Shown here one piece after another: positions 60,062 through 64,000 of a stretch of 64,000 bases of DNA. Origin of the DNA: an uncultured Verrucomicrobiae bacterium. Lineage in GTDB: Bacteria > Verrucomicrobiota > Verrucomicrobiia > Limisphaerales > Palsa-1400. The number at the start of each line of letters is the position of its first letter. Within the stretch, counting starts at the first letter, position 1. The position numbers and the translations under genes were made by a program. The stretch spans positions 128,001-192,000 of the forward strand of contig CAVPOM010000015.1 in NCBI GenBank assembly GCA_963707025.1, read 5' to 3'. Below the pieces are notes generated by a model. The model had not been told where the DNA came from. It did not search any database and saw nothing but the letters and a program-made list of their open reading frames with translations.

Positions 60062-63000
60062 TCAGCGGGGGACGGCTTCTGCATCCGCGGCGGGTTCGAC
60101 CTCCTCCAGGCCGGCGGCGGCGCGCCAGCCTTTGGCCCAGCGGCTGAGTCTTCCCATGTAAAGGTAGATCACGGGGGTCGTGTAAAGCGTCAGGCATTGG
60201 GAAACGAGCAGGCCGCCAACGATGGCCACGCCCAAGGGACGCCGCAGTTCGGAGCCGTTGCCGTTTTGCAGGGCCAGGGGCAGGGCGCCGAGCAGGGCGG
60301 CCATGGTGGTCATCATGATGGGACGGAAGCGCAGTTTGCAGGCTCGGTAAATGGATTGTTCGGGGGGCAGATGATCCGCCCGCTCGGCGTCCAGGGCGAA
60401 ATCAATCATCATGATGGCGTTTTTCTGGACAATGCCGATGAGGAGGATGATGCCGATGAGGGAGACCAGGGACAGTTCAATATGGAAGAGCATCAACGCC
60501 AGCAAGGCGCCCACCCCGGCGGAGGGAAGGCTGGAAAGAATGGTGATGGGATGAATGTAGCTCTCGTAAAGCACGCCCAAAATAATGTAGATGACGATGA
60601 CGGCCGCCAGAATGAGGAGCGGTTCGGTTTGGAGGGATGACCGAAATTCCGCGGCGCTGCCGGAGAAACTCGTCGCGATGGTTTGGGGCAATTTGATTTC
60701 CTTTTCGACGGCGGCGATGGCCTTGACGGCGGCGTCCAGGGAACTGTCCGCGCCCAGGTTGAAAGAAAGGGTCACGGCGGGGAACTGGCCCTCGTGCAGG
60801 ATGACCAGGGGGGTGCTCCCTGCGGTGACCGAGGCAAACGCGCCCAGGGGAACCATCTGGCCGGTGGTGGATTTGACGAAGATTTTGTCCAGGGCGGCCG
60901 GGTTGAGTTGGAAATTGGGTTCGGCTTCGAGCACGACGCGATATTGGTTGAGTTGGGTGAAGATGATCGAGACTTGGCGCTGGCCGAAGGCGTCGTAAAG
61001 GGTGTCATCAATGGCTTGGGGCAGAATGTTCAACTGGGAAGCCTTGTCCCGGTCCACTTCCACGTTGAGGCCAAAGCCCTTGGATTGTTGATCGCTGGCC
61101 ACGTCGGCCAACTCCGGCCTGGCCGACAGAGCGGCCACCAGCCGGGGCGCCCATTCCCCCAGTTCCTGCTCGTCGGCGTCCTGCAGCGTGTACTGGTATT
61201 GGGTGCGGCTCACCCGGCTGTCTATCTGGACATCCTGCACCGCTTGCATGAACAGGGAAATCCCACGCAGGGGGCGGGTCGCTTCGCGCAGGCGGTCAAT
61301 GACGTTGGCCACCTCCGATGTGCGTTGCTCGCGGGGTTTGAGGCTGATGTAGAGGCGGCCGGAGTTGGCGGTGGGATTGACCGTGCCGGCCCCGACAAAG
61401 GAAGCCACGCTGGCCACGTCCCGATCTTGCGCCACCACTCCGGCCACGCGCCGCTGGCGTTCGACCATGGCCTGGAAGGAAATGGATTGGGAGGCGTCGG
61501 TCACGCCGATGATCATGCCGGTGTCCTGCAAAGGCAGCAGGCCCTTGGGGATGATGACATAAAGCCAGATCGTGCCGATCAGGGTGGCGATGGCGACCAT
61601 GAAGGTGAGCCGGTCGTGCGCCAGCACCCATTTCAGGCCCTGTTCGTAGAGCGCCAGAAATCCCTGGAAAAATCTTTCCGACCAATGCCACAGCCGCCCA
61701 TGACGGCTTTCATTTTCCGGGCGCAGCAGGCGCGAACACATCATCGGCGTCAGCGTCAGGGAGACAATCATGGACACCACCACGGCGGCGCTCATGGTGA
61801 TGGCGAATTCACGAAAAAGCCGCCCCACGATGCCCGACATGAAGATCAGCGGTATGAAAACGCCGATGAGGGAAAGACTCAGGGAGACGACGGTGAAGCC
61901 GATTTGCTTGGCCCCTTTGAGCGCGGCGGTCATGGGCGGATCCCCCGACTCGATGAAACGGACGATGTTCTCGATCATCACTATGGCGTCATCCACCACG
62001 AATCCGGTGGAGATGGTCAGGGCCATGAGGGAAAGATTATCCAGGCTGAAGCCCAGCAGGTACATAAGCCCGAAAGTGCCGACGATGGCCAGCGGCAGGG
62101 CCACGCTGGTGATGACGGTGGCCCAAAGCGTGCGCAAGAACAGGAAGATGACCATCACGACCAGGCCGACGGTGAGGATGAGGGTGAATTGAACGTCCCG
62201 GATGGAGGCGCGGATCATCTCCGTGCGATCGCTGAACACTTTGATATTGATGGAAGGAGGAATGGAGCTGCGCAGCCTGGGCAGCAACGCCTTCACCCGG
62301 TCGGCCGTCTGGATGATGTTGGCCCCGGGCTGGCGCTGGATGTCCACGATCACAGCCGGATTATTGTTGACCCATCCGGCCAGGTGGACGTTTTCCACGT
62401 CGTCCACCACCTCGCCGATGTCCTTCAGGCGCACCGGTGATCCGTTGACCACTTTGACGATGACGTTGCCGAAATCCGCCGCGGAGAAAAGCTGGTCGTT
62501 GGCCCCGATGGCATAGGCCTGTTGGTGGCCGTCGAAACTGCCTTTGGGCAGATTGATGTTGTTCAACATCAGCGCGCTGCGGACGTCTTCCAGTCCCAGG
62601 CCCATGCTGGCCAGGGCGCTGGGATTGACCCGCACACGGACGGCCGGTTTCTGATTGCCTTCGATGGTCACCAGGCCGACTCCGGTCACCTCGCTCAGTT
62701 TTTGGGCCAGGACGGTGTCCGCCAGATCGTTGACTTTGGCCAGGGGGAGTTCCTTGGAAGTGAGTTGGAGGGTGAGGATGGGCGTGTCGGCGGGGTTGAC
62801 TTTGTTAAAGATGGGCGGGTTGGGCATGCCGCTGGGCAGCACCCCGCTGGCCGCGTTGATGGCCGCCTGCACGTCCTGCGCGGCCGAATCTATGTTCCGA
62901 TCCAGGGTGAACTGCAGGGTGATGGTCGTCGTGCCAAACGCGCTGATGGAGGTCATCTGGGACAGGCCGCTGATCTGCCCGAATTGCCGCTCCAACGGCT

Positions 63001-63193
63001 CGGTGACGGACGAGGCCATGACGTCGGGGCTGGCGCCGGGATATTGGGCCACGACCTGGATGGTGGGGAAATCAACCGGGGGCAAGGCGGAAATCGGCAG
63101 CAGTTCATAGCCCAGGAATCCCATCAAGAGCACCCCCGCCATGAGAAGCGACGTGGCGATGGGCCGGCGGATGAATGGCTCGGAGATGCTCAC
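60062..63193 (-). CDS. mdtB: RND efflux permease, MdtB-like
   Basis: GTG start VSISEPFIRRPIATSLL; GFVVDDAIVMIEN; VSRTQYQYTLQ; NAIMMIDFAL. Confidence 0.88.
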   Translation of the reverse strand: MSISEPFIRRPIATSLLMAGVLLMGFLGYELLPISALPPVDFPTIQVVAQYPGASPDVMASSVTEPLERQFGQISGLSQMTSISAFGTTTITLQFTLDRNIDSAAQDVQAAINAASGVLPSGMPNPPIFNKVNPADTPILTLQLTSKELPLAKVNDLADTVLAQKLSEVTGVGLVTIEGNQKPAVRVRVNPSALASMGLGLEDVRSALMLNNINLPKGSFDGHQQAYAIGANDQLFSAADFGNVIVKVVNGSPVRLKDIGEVVDDVENVHLAGWVNNNPAVIVDIQRQPGANIIQTADRVKALLPRLRSSIPPSINIKVFSDRTEMIRASIRDVQFTLILTVGLVVMVIFLFLRTLWATVITSVALPLAIVGTFGLMYLLGFSLDNLSLMALTISTGFVVDDAIVMIENIVRFIESGDPPMTAALKGAKQIGFTVVSLSLSLIGVFIPLIFMSGIVGRLFREFAITMSAAVVVSMIVSLTLTPMMCSRLLRPENESRHGRLWHWSERFFQGFLALYEQGLKWVLAHDRLTFMVAIATLIGTIWLYVIIPKGLLPLQDTGMIIGVTDASQSISFQAMVERQRRVAGVVAQDRDVASVASFVGAGTVNPTANSGRLYISLKPREQRTSEVANVIDRLREATRPLRGISLFMQAVQDVQIDSRVSRTQYQYTLQDADEQELGEWAPRLVAALSARPELADVASDQQSKGFGLNVEVDRDKASQLNILPQAIDDTLYDAFGQRQVSIIFTQLNQYRVVLEAEPNFQLNPAALDKIFVKSTTGQMVPLGAFASVTAGSTPLVILHEGQFPAVTLSFNLGADSSLDAAVKAIAAVEKEIKLPQTIATSFSGSAAEFRSSLQTEPLLILAAVIVIYIILGVLYESYIHPITILSSLPSAGVGALLALMLFHIELSLVSLIGIILLIGIVQKNAIMMIDFALDAERADHLPPEQSIYRACKLRFRPIMMTTMAALLGALPLALQNGNGSELRRPLGVAIVGGLLVSQCLTLYTTPVIYLYMGRLSRWAKGWRAAAGLEEVEPAADAEAVPR

Positions 63194-63245
63194 GCTGGAA
63201 AAAATTGTGGATCGGGCATGGCCTGCGGCCGATGGTCCTTTGCGC

Positions 63246-64000
63246 TCAGGCGCCGGTTGGTTTGGGCGGTGGATAGGCAGGCGCGGGGTTGGTTGCGCCG
63301 CCGTTCCCGCCCCGGCGGCCGCCGCCCGGAGCGCGCGGCGAACCAGCCGGTTCATTGGTGTCCTCCAACCTGACTTTGGAACCGTTTTCCAAACGGTATT
63401 GTCCGTCCGCAACCACCTTTTGTCCTTCGCTCAATCCCTTGGAAACCAGGGCCAGGTCGCCTTGCATTTGCGCCACCGTCACCGGCGTCAATTTCGCCAC
63501 CAGGTTGGAGCCTTCCCCTTCGATGGTGAAGACATACTCGCCGTCCGGGCCGCGCTGGATGACGCTTTCCGCAACGACCAGGCTGTTGATTTTGTCCACC
63601 AACAAGCGCGGATTGACGAATTGGCCGGGCCACAGGCTCAGGTTGTGGTTGGGAAAGGTGGCCTTGAGCTTGATGCTGCCGGTGGTGGTATCAATTTGAT
63701 TGTCAATGACGGCCAGTGTTCCCGTGTCCAGGACGGTTTTGTTGTCGCGATCCAGGGCCAGGACCGGGACAGGGCCTTGGGCCATTTTGCGCGCGATGAC
63801 CCCAACGTCTTGCTCCGGGAGGATGAAGGTGACGAAGATGGGACGCAACTGGGTGATGACGACGATGCCGTTGGTGTCGTTGGCGTGAACGATGTTGCCC
63901 TGGTCAACCAGGCGTATCCCGCATCGGCCCTCCAGCGGGGCGTAGATCGTCGTGTAATCCAACTGCACCTGGCAGCTCTCAATGCCCGCCTGGTCGTTGG
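63246..64000 (-). CDS. mdtA: RND periplasmic adaptor, MdtA-like (5'-truncated by the window edge)
   Basis: QLDYTTIYAP..GR.G.R.VDQGN, IDNQIDTTTG, LWPGQFV. Confidence 0.88.
   Translation of the reverse strand, partial: NDQAGIESCQVQLDYTTIYAPLEGRCGIRLVDQGNIVHANDTNGIVVITQLRPIFVTFILPEQDVGVIARKMAQGPVPVLALDRDNKTVLDTGTLAVIDNQIDTTTGSIKLKATFPNHNLSLWPGQFVNPRLLVDKINSLVVAESVIQRGPDGEYVFTIEGEGSNLVAKLTPVTVAQMQGDLALVSKGLSEGQKVVADGQYRLENGSKVRLEDTNEPAGSPRAPGGGRRGGNGGATNPAPAYPPPKPTGA

Overview
High-GC bacterial chromosomal window. Gene content, protein style and intergenic repeats suggest a soil Verrucomicrobiota (Pedosphaera/Limisphaerales-like) genome; this taxonomy is inference. The housekeeping backbone comprises trxA, proB, mazG, glgP, accD, comF, zwf/fbaB/gnd, rpoD, mfd, yggS, argC, rpsI/rplM and mdtABC-like RND genes. 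Accessory elements are an EcaI/BstEII-like type II R-M pair, an intact IS4-family element that carries a divergent DUF6788-like passenger gene and sits in a REP-like hairpin, a Phd-VapC TA pair, a chimeric DUF433 remnant, and a glycan-degradation patch (GH42-like, giant GH38, lipoprotein PLD, Tat sulfatase). The most notable signals are: a triple-PAS hybrid kinase whose phospho-acceptor His is replaced by Leu (probable pseudokinase); the two-gene IS4 with a perfect 26-bp palindrome; a shared C-terminal putative sorting domain on two unrelated secreted proteins; nested and in-frame short repeats; and an mdtBC operon split by an antisense gene. Five apparent frameshifts, one of them in rpoD, most likely reflect assembly error. 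I saw no rRNA, tRNA or CRISPR array.
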